Below, in pieces: positions 8,985 to 20,832 of a DNA stretch of 24,435 nt; within the stretch, counting starts at the first letter, position 1, and each line of letters begins with the position of its first letter. Position numbers and translations under genes: made by a program. The DNA is from Selaginella moellendorffii (lineage: Eukaryota; Plantae; Lycopodiophyta), in contig NW_003314378.1 in NCBI RefSeq assembly GCF_000143415.4, positions 376,990 through 401,424 of the forward strand. The letters run 5' to 3'. The notes under the pieces are model-generated. The model saw only the letters and a program-made list of their open reading frames with translations, had not been told where the DNA came from and did no database searches.

Positions 8985-10370
8985 CCCGGTTGCCGAGATG
9001 ATGGCTATCAGGTAAGTGTAGAGGTAAACCGTTGTAGAAGACCCGGGTTCGATGCCGAAGGGTCCACTCAACAAGGACTTTTATGCAAAAATTTTCCTAA
9101 ATAAGGAGCCATTATTCTGGTTCGCCGGCTCACAAAAACAGCTTAGACCAGTCATTTAGGACATCGGTCTCCCAAAACAAACGTTTCGGGTTCGATTCTC
9201 TTCCCGATATTTGTAAATACCAAATACTGAATCATCGTCGATCATCAATGCGGATGCTCTGGCATCGCGACGCTGGAGTTGCGCAGATTGACGTGGGCAA
9301 GCTGGAGACTGCGGCGGCTGTGATAATCCATTTCCTGGCCTATCGGCGCAGCGGCGGCTCCAGCCCTGGCAGCTGATTCTCTTGTCTCGTCTGATTCCAT
9401 TGACAAGACATGATCGATCGCAGGCGCTCCTCCTGTCGCTCCTCCTCCTCCTCGCAGTGTAGCTTTCTCGACGCTGACCTTGTGTTTGGCGCCCTGGCGG
9501 CGGGATACGTTTTCAGGGACCAAGGTTGAGAGGTATGAACTTCCAGAGAAGTAGACTTTGTAAGCTTTCGGTGTGATCTTTCCAGGTTCAGGGCTGTGCT
9601 TGGAGCATCGACGCCACACATTCACCATCCATTCCTGTCACGAACAGGCAATTCCATCCTCAGGCAGCTCAAGTGGACGAAGTTCTCCATGTGCCTGGTG
9701 GGTTTGGGGGAATCAAACAAGCCCGCTTTTTCTCGGAGAGACTGCCGTCCTGCCCGAGCTTGATACTCCTCCCGATTTTAGCACCCAAAAATCACCCCGA
9801 TTCTTGAGACGCATCAAGGATATTTACTAGCCAGACTTCCATGGTGCATTGATCTGCCACAGGAGAACTAAATCTCTCGTACCTCTTGATTATTGCTAGT
9901 GAGAGCAGCAGGAGCTTGATGGTGCAGAACTACCACTTTCTGTTCTGTCTGGAAGCGTCCCAGTTGTCACCGCACCAAATGCCACGAACTTTCAATTGCT
10001 ATCTAGGGTATAAAATGAGTAACTATCACAAATATTCTTTTGCATAGCTCGAACCAAGGCACCACTGGACTACTGATCTTTCATAACATTATTAAGAAAG
10101 GAAGGCTTTAATGTGAAAAAAGCCTGATCTTGTCCATAACCAATAAGAGGGGATAGAGGATCAGCAAGCAATCCCAAAGTGTATGCGACATTTCTACTTC
10201 CATATTTTTTATGCTAGAACCAGTGCATCTTAGATTCTTTGACAAGGAGAGGCACTAAAATAGCATCAAACTTGTAAATAGGTACTGTGCATCACCTTGA
10301 CCACATCAAAATAAAAAGTAATACTGTGTTGATTTCCGGAAATTGAAGAGTAGTATAAATAAATTGCTAC

Positions 10371-10408
10371 GCGTTGCATGTAGCAACGCTTGGTTTGCTT
10401 AATACTAG
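10371..10408 (+). mobile_element. Helitron-type 3' terminus (hairpin + CTAG, followed by T)
   Basis: GCGTTGC-ATGTA-GCAACGC perfect 7-bp stem at 10371-10389, a 15-nt spacer, CTAG at 10405-10408, then T. Composition shifts to very AT-rich afterwards. Confidence 0.65.
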
Positions 10409-11758
10409 TTTTATTATTACTTATTAATCCAATTGATCAAATAAAGTTTATAATTATAAGCATGTTTGTAATTTATATATACAAGATTAATTTTATTGCA
10501 TATCAACCATTAGATGGTAGAATAAAAAAGAATATACTAGAAAAGGTTTAAGAAAGTTTATAAATTATAAACATGTTTATAAATTATAAATACAAGATTA
10601 ATCTAAATGAATAACAACCGTTGGATGGTAGAATATCCTAGAATATCCAAGCATATCCTAAGTATATTCACTACCATCCCAGTCCCCCTATAGGTTTGCT
10701 TAAGCAAACCAAAAGGGCTTTTCATAGATAACAAATTTTCTTGCATTTCTGGGACATGCGTATAGTGCCATTTGTTAAGCTCAATGAGAATAGAACCAAC
10801 ACCTTTAGCCTCATAGAATTTTGCATTGGTGACTCCACAATGGGTACTGGTGTAGGCAAGTCTACCAATTGAACAAAATTTACTTAATTTCTTGACATTC
10901 AAAATTATTGAATACATTGTCCTTTTGAAGGGTGAGCCAATAAATATATACTTCTAGATGGTGTAAGCCTTAATCAAGTATATGTTATTAATTTTAATAT
11001 TTGTGAATTTGAGATTTTATGGCTTAACTCTTTCTAGATTATACCATTTAAGGAGGTTTATTTATCCTATGCAAAGATTCATCCTATTTAGCAAGTAGTT
11101 TGACTTTGTTGTTTACAACAATGTCATTGCAATTGTCTTCTAAGACAATTGACTTTGTTGTAGTTGTTAAACTAGAAACTCTATATATTTACTCATTTTC
11201 TATTTTAGATTACAATTAATTTAAAAAGTTAGAATAAGGATTAACTATTATATTCATTTCAAAAGGAACTTTTATATATATTTATTTGAATTTTATAATT
11301 TATTTTTGCTTTAGATAATTGTAAACATAACAATTATATCATAAATTTATTTATTTTATATAATAAATTTAAAGTTTATAAAATTTTATTTAGGTACTCC
11401 AATGAAGTTTTAATGGTGTGGCATTTAGAAAAAGCAGTAAAAATATATCAATTTTTACTCTTTAGTGAAATTTCATAAACACTGAAAACATATATTGTGT
11501 TATAACATTACAAAGATAGAATAACTTCTTATTCTACTGTTGAAAAACCACTCAAATATGCTAACAATATCATAAATTTTATCACAACAATATAAACATT
11601 TAATAATATAAGCATTCAAGATTATTTTTTAATTTATGCATATCTTCAATTGAGAAAGAGTTTATTAAAAATTTATATATATACATTCAATATTAGATAT
11701 ATAAATATAATTCTTGTATATATTGTTATTAAGTTAAAATTTAATATTAAATATTTTT

Positions 11759-11933
11759 TGTGAGGGCCAAGTATATGGCTATGATGCTATATAAAAATAT
11801 TAGCATAGTAGGATTTTGGTAGCTGTTAGATTGATTTCAATCCAGATCACTCGCTCTTGTATATAAACTAGGGTTTATGGGTTAATTGATATGTACATTT
11901 TTTATATTCTTTTTCATATTCCATGCACTCACA
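11759..11933 (+). repeat. 5' LTR of outer gypsy element
   Basis: TGTGAGGGCC...GCACTCACA; direct repeat of 21614-21789. Confidence 0.9.
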
Positions 11934-12120
11934 TTGGTGGAGGTGATATGCACTTTAGATTATCCCTGAGGATTGTTTGGATTTGGGATTTTGGTTTACA
12001 TCTAGGTTTTTCCATTTGTTTTTTCCCTTTAGGATTTTGGTTTAGATTTAGCTTTTTGCATTATCTAGATCTTCATTTCCTTCTAGCTTTTGTCATTCCT
12101 CTTCTTTCACTCTTTCTTTT

Positions 12121-15100
12121 TTGTTCATCTTCATAGCAAATCAGCAATCTCCTCCTTTGACTCTAGAGCAGCAGTTGGTACAATTGCTTGATGCTATGTG
12201 CTTACAATTGAACAACCAAACTCAGTTGATAGCGGCATTCATGGCATGTGGTACAACTTCTCCTGCTCTTGGTGCCAATCCTCGCATTCAGCTGGAGTTT
12301 TTTCGTGGGAATCCTGGGGATGATGTGTACTATTGGTTCAATCACTTCACAGTGATTGCCACATATCATTCTTGGGATGATAATCGACATTTGCATGAGT
12401 TTCCCACATGTCTCCAAGGGACGGTGTTGTAGTGGTACAATGGTTTGAGTGCAGCCACTTGTAGGGATTGGAGTGTTCTCCCAGACGTCTTCAAACGCAT
12501 ATTTGGACATGCCGACGATTGTGATGATGCCTTCCAACAATTACATCATCTTCGCCAAGGGCCATCTGAGTCGGTGATGCAATTTAGCTTTCGTTTCCGA
12601 AGTCTTTTGCTTTGTGTGGAGCCAAATATGTCGGAGCGGATTAAGCTAGGAATGTTGTGGCCAGCACTTCATCAAGATCTTGTCGGACTTATGCATGCAC
12701 TTGCTCCAGCAACTCTTGACAATGTTTTTTGCTTGGCACAACATTATGAGATGTCACCTCGTCCACTTCTTGCTGCCCATCCTTTTGCTCCTCTTCCTGT
12801 AGGCGATGGTTCTGTTCCAATGGAGGTTGGTGCTGCTGCTGCTCGAGTCCAAGGACAAGGGCAAGGACGTGGTTGTGGCCATGACGTTTGTTGTTGGGCA
12901 TGTGATGAAGTTGGGCATACCTATTGGCATTGTTGGCGTTTTTCGGATTAGCAACCTCCATTTCCTGGGTGGGGACTTTGGCATCAACAACATCCCGTTG
13001 GTGTTGCTGTAGTGGAAGGTTTAGACACTACAATGCATCCGGGAAACGAAAAGTTGCGCGAGTAATGGAGGGACCTTGTGTGAATAATTCAATGACCCCT
13101 CCATCTTTCTTTCGGGAGTATCATCAAGGGGTTCACTCGGCATCGGTTCATTCAGTGTTTATTTTCCAAACTCATTTTTATAACAAGAGGTTTCCTATTA
13201 TTCTCTCTATATTGGTTGATACAGATTTGAGTTTATTTTCTATTGCTCAACCTATTGGCACAAGTTGCCGTTTACACTTGCGTCATGCGGTATAACCAGT
13301 TTTCATTCTTTATGGCAATAGCCGTACACATGCATGTGCACGGGATGAGGCGGACCTGGTTGTGCGTGTGGGTGATCTTGAGCTTGAGTTGCAATCCTTG
13401 CGGGTAGTGCCGAGTTAAGCTTCTGACCTCATCCTTAGTATGAATTGGTTGCAACACAATCATGCTAAATGTGACTTTGAGGCTTCTTCCCCTTGTCTCA
13501 TACTTCTTTATGTTTCATCCATTCCTCTCACTTTTGTACCTCTTCGTCCCTCTATTTCTACTTCTGCTTCCATTACTTTTGTTCCCCTATTATTTCCTCC
13601 TATGTTTCCGTCTTGTTCTTCTCTTCCCTTTTCCAGTCCCTTCAACAATCTTTGTGTTGCAGTGGTTGACCAGCTTATGAAGGAGTATTCTGATCTCTTT
13701 GACTTTGACACATCGTCTGGGGCCAAGATTGCCACACGTCATCCAATTCCAAATAGGGATGCTCGTTTAATCAAGGTTCCTGTTCGTTGTCGGTCACCCA
13801 AAGAGATCAAGATTTTACGCGCAAATGTTAAAGAAATGTTAGAGAAGGGTGTTATTCGGAAGTCACAATGTCCTTGGGTATGTGAACCTTATCTTGTGAC
13901 GAAGCCTGATGGGAGTATTTGTTTATGCATCAACTATCATCCGTTAAACGAAGTGACGATCCCAGATGTGTACCCTCTTCTTCACACTGTTGATCTTTTG
14001 GATTGTCTAAGGCGAAGTCATTGGTTCACCAAGCTAGATCTTGCTTCTGGGTACTGGCAAGTACCAATAGCCAAAGAAGATATTCCTTAGACTGCTTTTC
14101 GTATACCATTTAGATTGTATGAGTTCTTGGTGATGCCGTTTGGTTTGAACAATGCTCCAGCAACTTTCCAACGGATGATGGACGAAGTCCTTTGCGATAT
14201 GCTAGAGGTGACTGCTGACTTCATTGATGATGTCTTGATCCATTCGGAGGGGATGTGGGAGGAGCATGTTCATGATGTTCGTAAAGTGTTGGATTGGCTA
14301 CGGGACGTTGGTTTAAAGCTGAAGTGGTCAAAGTGCGTGTTTCGTTCCAAGGACACAACTTATCTTGGGTACTATATTTCTCCTGAGGGTTTGCAAATTG
14401 ATCTTGACAAACTTGTGGCTATTCTAAAGTTCCCTACTCTGAAGTGTGTAAATGATGTGTAGTGCTTTTTGGGCAAGGTGCAGTATCTCGGTCGCTTTGT
14501 GGATCATCTTTTTGATCGCACTGCACCATTGCAAGCGTTGCTGAAGTCATCAACATCATCTTTCATCTGGTCTCCGGATTGTCAGCAGGCATTCATGGAT
14601 CTCAAAGAGCTATTGACGACTCCTCCAGTTTTGGCATATCCTGACTATACTCGACCTTTTATTTTGCGCGTGGATGCTTTTGACATTGGTGTTGGAGGAG
14701 TGTTGATGCAAGAAAGCTTGAGTGTGCCTTGTCAGTGCCATCCCATTGTGTATATAAGCCATACATTACAACCAGCGGAGATGAACTACTCCACGATAGA
14801 GGAGTGTTTAGCAACACTCTGGGGTTTTGAGAAACTTCAGACATATCTACATGGTTCTTGGACATTACTTAAAGGTGACCATGCTGCCGTCACTTTATTA
14901 GTGAAATGGAAGAACTTCGTTAGTCGTACTACTAGGTGGGCATATGGGACATCATTGTGTAACTGAGAAGCTGCACAGGTTTTCTATTGGCCGAAGATGC
15001 GACGTGATGTTATCCGGTATGTGCATAGCTGCGTTTGGTGCCAAACTCGTAATATTCCCCCTCGTGTCGTGGAAGGACGGTTGGCATCAATTACAATTTC

Positions 15101-15300
15101 CCGTCCATTTGAGTTGGTGGAATTTGATCTTATAGGACCTTTTCCATGGTCGATTGCTGGCAATGAGTATGTTATTATTGTTTTTGACTACTCGACTCGT
15201 TGGGTGGAAGTTGATGCTCTTGCTAGCATCTTTGCAACTGTTGTTGGATACTTCCTCCTCAATCAAGTAGTGTTCCAGCATTCTTGTCTAGAGTAGATTC
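12121..15300 (+). pseudogene. Outer element gag-pol, 5' part (Gag, CCHC, PR, RT, RNase H, IN N-half), with stops and frameshifts
   Basis: LRQGPSESV, VPMEVG, CWACDEVGHTYWHC, ILVDTD (decayed protease), KLDLASGYWQV, VMPFGLNNAPATFQ, FIDDVLI, VDAFDIGVGGVL, NYSTIE and CVWC...DLIGPFP. An internal deletion lies between RNase H and IN near 14945. Confidence 0.9.
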
Positions 15301-15688
15301 TGTCAGGAATCCCCCAATTCTTGCCACATTCCTAACTCTCGCCGGATTCCTGACCTACAGACCACATTCCTGACTCTCGAGACACTTCCCTATTCCTGAC
15401 TCTCGAGACACTTCCCTATTTCTGACTCTCGAGACACTTCCCGATTCCTAAGTCTCGAGCCATATTCCTGATGATGATGTGGTGCCTCCTCGACCTCAGC
15501 TATATTTTGGCTGTCCTCGATCCAAGAGTGGTGGAGCTTCATCAACCTATAGTATATATAGGTTAGCCTTGTTCCATTTCTCCACAATCTGAATCAATGC
15601 CAGTGTAAGGCCTCTTCTTTGTTTCCACTAGCTTTTTCTCTTTGTCTTTTTGCATTTTCCAGTCTTGATCTTGTCGGGGGTCTTGACA
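15301..15688 (+). repeat. 5' LTR of inner chromovirus (388 bp; three 26-bp U3 repeat units; TATA near 15553)
   Basis: TGTCAGGAAT...TCTTGACA; unit ATTCCTGACTCTCGAGACACTTCCCT. Confidence 0.93.
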
Positions 15689-15786
15689 GTTTGATTCAGA
15701 TTGTGTTTTTTTGTTTTTTGATTTAGCTTGTTTTGATTGTTTGATTACCTTTGCCTTTTTTCCCCCTTTTTTCTTTCTTCTTGCCG

Positions 15787-16758
15787 ATGGAGTCTCCAAG
15801 TCATCCTGATTTCTTTGCTAAAGTCCTTGCAAAAATCCAGTCTGAGAATACCCAGGTGAAGGCGACCCTTCTTCGCATGCAGCAGGAGCTTGCTTCACTT
15901 TCGGCTCAAGGATCCAGCAAAGTTCCTGAACCGAAGGTGAGTTTCCCAGTGAAATTTTCAGGCAAGCGTTCGGAGCTTCGCGGATTCCTGAACCAGATGG
16001 AGTTGATCTTCGCACTTCAACATCGGCGGTACCCCACTCCCGAGTCTCAAATCGGCGCGATTGGGACGTTGCTTGAAGGTGCAGCCTTGTCATGGTTTTC
16101 TCCTCTTCTGGAGAAGAGCATGAAAGGGGTCATGGTTCCGGAGCTGATGGATCTTCAATTGTTCAAAGAGAAGCTCGAAGCATGTTTTGGCGAGACGGAT
16201 CGGGTTCGGGCTGCTACCACAAAGATGAGACGTCTCTCTCAGGGGTCTCGTCCTGCCGTGATCTACGCTGCAGAGTTCCAACTCCTTGCTTTGGACACTC
16301 AATGGGATGAGCGGGCCCTGATTGACCAATTTCGTTTCGGCCTCAACAACGGTGTCAAGGATTTGTTGCTCACCATGGAGGATCCCAAGGACCTATCGGA
16401 TGCCATCAACAAAGCTGTTCGATATGACAATCATCTCTTTGAACGTCGTCAGGAAAGTCGCCGCGCCGCTGTTTTTCCGTCCCAGACTTAGGAATCCCAG
16501 CTTGAGTCTTCGGGGCATACTCCTGAACCTACTGCTCCGGTTCCAATGGATATTTCTGGTACTCCCCGACTCATTAGAGGGAAGTTGAGTCTTGCTGAGA
16601 AGCAACATCGAATATCTCATAATCTTTGCCTCTATTGTGCTGATCCTAATCACAAAGCAGCTGTATGTCCCAAGAAGCCTCCCCGACTGCTCGAGTTCAC
16701 TCTGCCTCAAAGTCCACCTCTATTGCAGTCGGGAAACGACCCTGTCCAAACAGAGTAG
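15787..16758 (+). pseudogene. Inner element gag (premature TAG at 16489-16491), with CCHC knuckle
   Basis: PEPKVSFPVKFSGKRSELRGF, LSQGSRPA..YAAEF, QFRFGLN, VPMDI and CLYCADPNHKAAVC, in the same frame either side of the stop. Confidence 0.9.
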
Positions 16759-19700
16759 GAGCTGTCTGTTTAGACTCCCTGAATAAAAATCACTTTTCTT
16801 CTTTATCAAGCTCCTCACCACCTTTCATCAAAGCCACCACCAATTCCCGCAACTTCTGAGTCCCATGTCTCCTTTCTTTCACCGGACAATCAGGACTCAA
16901 GGCTCTGGCACTACTGGACTCGGGTGCAACTTCCTGCTTCATGGACACGGACTTTGCTGCCCGACATCACGTTCCTCTTTCTCCTACCATACGGGATTTG
17001 AGGGTTGAAGGCATCGGCGGGCATTTTGTGTCTCCATCTTCTGGACTTAGGGAAATGTTGCCCGTTCGAGTACACATCGGGTCCACCGTCACCGATATCG
17101 CCTTCAACATCATCAACAACAAGTCCTCCTTTGTGGTGCTCGGTCTTCCTTGGTTCCAACTACATCAGCCTCAGATCTGTTGGAAGGAATTACAGCTCAT
17201 CTCTCCCACGGCTTCCCCTGCTGTTCATCGAGTCCGAATCAGGAATCAGGGTTCTGTTCCTGACTCTACAAAGTTTTCACCATCTTCTTTTTCCTCTCTT
17301 CCATCTTACACTGGACCGTATCCTCGTCTCATCATTCCATTTAGTCATACGCCTCCTCCTATCTCCACAATCACTATGAAAGAACTCCTCCATGAAGAAC
17401 CTCTTTTCCTTTTTGCTTTGCATGTTTCTCCTGTCAGTCTTCCTGAGAAGTATCATGATTTTGGGGATGTGTTTGACAAGAAAAAAGCTAGTGTACTGCC
17501 TGTTCATCGGCCTTATGATTGTCCCATTGATTTACAGGAAGGAGCATCACCTCCGTGGGGGCCTATCTACGGGTTATCCCTGTCCGAGCTTAAGGCCCTC
17601 AAAGAGTATGTGGATGAGAACCTTGCCTCAGGCTACATTCAGCATTCGCAGTCCCCAGCTAGAGCGCCTGTCTTCTTTGTCAAGAAGAAGGATGGGAGCT
17701 TGCGGCTAGTCATCAATTACCGAGGTTTGAACAAGGTGACTATTCGGAACTGTTATCCGCTGCCCCTGATCTCGGACCTATTGGAACGCCTCGGCGGTGC
17801 CCGCTTATTCACCAAGATCGACCTCCGTGGAGCATACAACCTGATCCGGATCCGGCCTGGTGATGAATGGAAGACTACGTTCCGAACCCGCTATGGCCAC
17901 TTCGAGTACCATTTGGTTTGACAAATGCTCCAGCAGTTTTCCAACACATGGTGAACGGTCTTTCGGGAGTTTCTTGATCAGATGGTGATCATTTACCTTG
18001 ATGACATCCTCATCTACTCAAAAACTCAGGAGGAGCACGACGAACATGTACGCAAGGTGCTAGCGAAGCTGCGAGAACACGGCCTATATGCGAAGCTTGA
18101 GAAATGCTCGTTTGATAAGCAGTCTGTGGAGTTCCTTGGGTACATTGTCACTCCTGAGGGTATCACGATAGATCTTGCCAAAGTCAAGACTATTCTCGAA
18201 TGGGAGCCTCCACAATCACTGTCGGACGTTCAGGTTTTCCTTGGCTTCGCCAACTTCTACTGCAAATTCATTGATCACTACTCTGACATTGTCCTTCCTC
18301 TCACGCATCTCACTCGCAAGGATGTTCCCTTCTCTTGGTCTGCTACTGCCCAGCAGGCCTTCGACACACTCAAGACGGCCTTCAGTTCTGCTCCCGTCTT
18401 GATCCATGCTGATTCCTCACAACCTTTCTTCATCGAGGCTAACGCCTCCGACTTTGCCATTGGTGTTGTGCTGTCTCAACTCGGAGCGGATCACAAACTT
18501 CATCCGGTCGCTTTCCATTCTCGGAAATTCCAGCCTGCAGAGATCAATTACGAAATCCACAACAAGGAGCTTCTTGCCATCGTGGATTCCTTTGGAGAGT
18601 GGCGCCGTTTCTTGGAGGGGGCGGACCATTAAACAATAGTCTGGACGGATCACAAAAATCTCGAGTACTTTGCCACTTCCCGAGTTTTGAGCCGTCGTCA
18701 AGCAAGGTGGGCACAATTCCTGAGTTGGTTTGACTTTGTTATCAAGTACAGACCTGGAAAGCTTCAAGGCCTTCCTGATGCTCTTTCAAGGCGCTCCTAT
18801 CTCAGTCTTAGGCCTGGTAATCCTGCCTTCGATCAACAGGATCAAGTTATCCTCGGTCCTGATCGGCTTCAATTTATGGCAATTTCCCTGGCCCCTCAGG
18901 ACTCCTCCTTGATGGATGCGATCAGAAATGATCTCCAATCCGATGACCTCGCCAGTGATATTTTCACCCATCTTCAGGCTGGACACCCAGTGACCCCCGA
19001 CTGCCGGCGATTTGACGAGTTCGAGTTCTTAGATGGCTTATTGTACCGTGGGGAGCAGCTTTACGTTCCTGAAGGTGATGCTCGAAGGTTGGTCCTGATG
19101 GCGTGCCACGATAGCCCGACTGCTGGTCACTTCGGCATTGCGAAAACCTATGAGCTAGTTGCACGGGACTTTTGGTGGCCTCACATGGATGACTACATCA
19201 AAGCTTTTGTTACCCCCTGTGACACTTGTGCCCGGAATAAGGTACCTCGCCACCTTCCTTCATGTTTGCTTCATTCCCTCCCGGTCCCTTCAGGTCCTTG
19301 GGAATCCATCTCCATGGATTTCTTGAGTGATCTTCCGAGTTCTTGAGGCTTCAACAGTATTTTAGTCGTGGTGGATCACTTCACAAAGATGGCACACTTC
19401 TTGCCATGTACCAAGGAATTTTCGGGAGAGGACATGGCAAAACTGGTATTCAGGGAAATTTTCCGACTTCATGGGATTCCTACAGATGTGGTTTCGGATT
19501 GGGGGCCTCAATTCATCTCTCATTTCTGGCAACGGTTTTTGCAGCTGCTTGGAGTGAAGGCCAACCTCTCTTTGGCATATCATCCTCAAACTGATGGACA
19601 GTCCGAGGGAACGATTCAGACGCTGGAACAATTTTTGAGGTGCTTCATCAACTATCATCAGGATAACTGGTTCGATATCCTTCCCCTTGTTGAGTTCTCC

Positions 19701-20454
19701 TATAACAACTCTGTTCACTCCTCTCTTCGAGTTTCCCCCTTCTTTGTGAACTCTGGCCGAAATCCCCGATTCAATCTCTCACTTCTCCATCTGAATCCTC
19801 TCGTTCAAATCCCCGCTCTGAGGCATTTATCTCCAACCTCCAGGAAATCCACAACTCCATCTCCTTCCACCTCCATCGTGCTCAGGAATCTCACAAAACA
19901 TTTGCCAATGTCCATCGTCAGGATTGTCCCCTTACAATATCGGGCTTAAAGTCTGGCTCCTCAGGCGAAATATCTCCACCACCAGGCCCTGTCCAAAACT
20001 CGATTTCAAACGCCTCGGTCCTTTTCCTATCAGTGCCATCATTAATCCCGTCACTTATCGCCTTGCACTTCCCTCCTCATATCAAATTCACCCCGTTTTT
20101 CACTCCTCTCTCCTTGAGCCTTATATTCCCAGTTCTATTCCAAATCGGGTCATTCCTCCGCCTCCACCAGTGCAGCTCGAGGATGGGTCTGAGTACGAGG
20201 TTCAAGACATCCTTGATTCCAAGATTTCACGGTCTAAACTCTACTATCTGGTCGACTGGAAGGGTTACGGACCTGAGGAACGCACTTGAGAACCTGCGGA
20301 CAACCTGATTCATTCTCCTGACCTTGTTAAGGACTTCCACCGGCGCTATCCTTCTCATCCCAATCCTCATTCTTTTTCTCCATCTCCCATCCCTCGCCAC
20401 TCATCTCATCCTCCTCTTCGTTCTCGTTCACATCCTCGTTCCACTCGTTCTTGA
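16731..20454 (+). pseudogene. Inner element pol (PR-RT-RH-IN-chromodomain), disrupted by several stops and frameshifts
   Basis: ALLDSGA (16908-16928), [44 protein letters not shown]...CDTC, SMDF, AYHPQTDGQSE, LGPF and chromodomain EYEVQDILDSK...YYLVDWKGYGPEERT*EP (from 20191). Confidence 0.93.
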
Positions 20455-20465
20455 GGAGGGGGTGC

Positions 20466-20827
20466 TATCAGGAATCCCCCAATTCTTGCCACATTCCTGA
20501 CTCTCACCGGATTCCTGACCTGCAGACCACATTCCTGACTCTCGAGACACTTCCCTATTCCTGACTCTCGAGACACTTCCCGATTCCTGAGTCTCGAGCC
20601 ATATTCCTAATGATGATGTGGCGCCTCCTCGACCTCAGCTATATTTAGGCCGTCCTCGATCCAAGAGTGGTGGAGCTTCATCAACCTATAGTATATATAG
20701 GTTAGCCTTGTTCCATTTCTCCACAATCTGAATCAACGCCAGTCTAAGGCCTCTTCTTTGTTTCCACTAGCTTTTTCTCTTTGTCTTTTTGCATTTTCCA
20801 GTCTTGATCTTGTCGGGGGTCTTGACA
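20466..20827 (+). repeat. 3' LTR of inner chromovirus (362 bp; 5' TG mutated to TA; two 26-bp units)
   Basis: Direct repeat of 15301-15688. Confidence 0.93.
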
Positions 20828-20832
20828 GATTC

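Larger units (their letters stand above)
15301..20827 (+). mobile_element. Inner full-length chromovirus (Ty3/gypsy, Tcn1/Tf1-sushi-like), nested in the outer integrase
   Basis: LTRs at 15301-15688 and 20466-20827 (11 substitutions plus one 26-bp repeat-unit indel). TSD GATTC at 15296-15300 and 20828-20832, PPT GAGGAGGGGG at 20453-20462, and gag-PR-RT-RH-IN-chromodomain order. Confidence 0.95.

Noticed and set aside
9040-9206. Intact tRNA genes
   Set aside because: Only B-box/T-arm-like motifs are present; no acceptor or anticodon stems could be built.
10603-10917. 104-aa minus-strand ORF as a gene
   Set aside because: No recognisable motif, and its 3' part runs through an AT-rich duplication.
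15366-15460. CRISPR-like array
   Set aside because: The 26-bp units are contiguous without unique spacers and lie within an LTR U3.
12202-19718. Numerous short antisense or alternative-frame ORFs within the retroelements
   Set aside because: They are shadow frames of gag-pol with no independent motifs.
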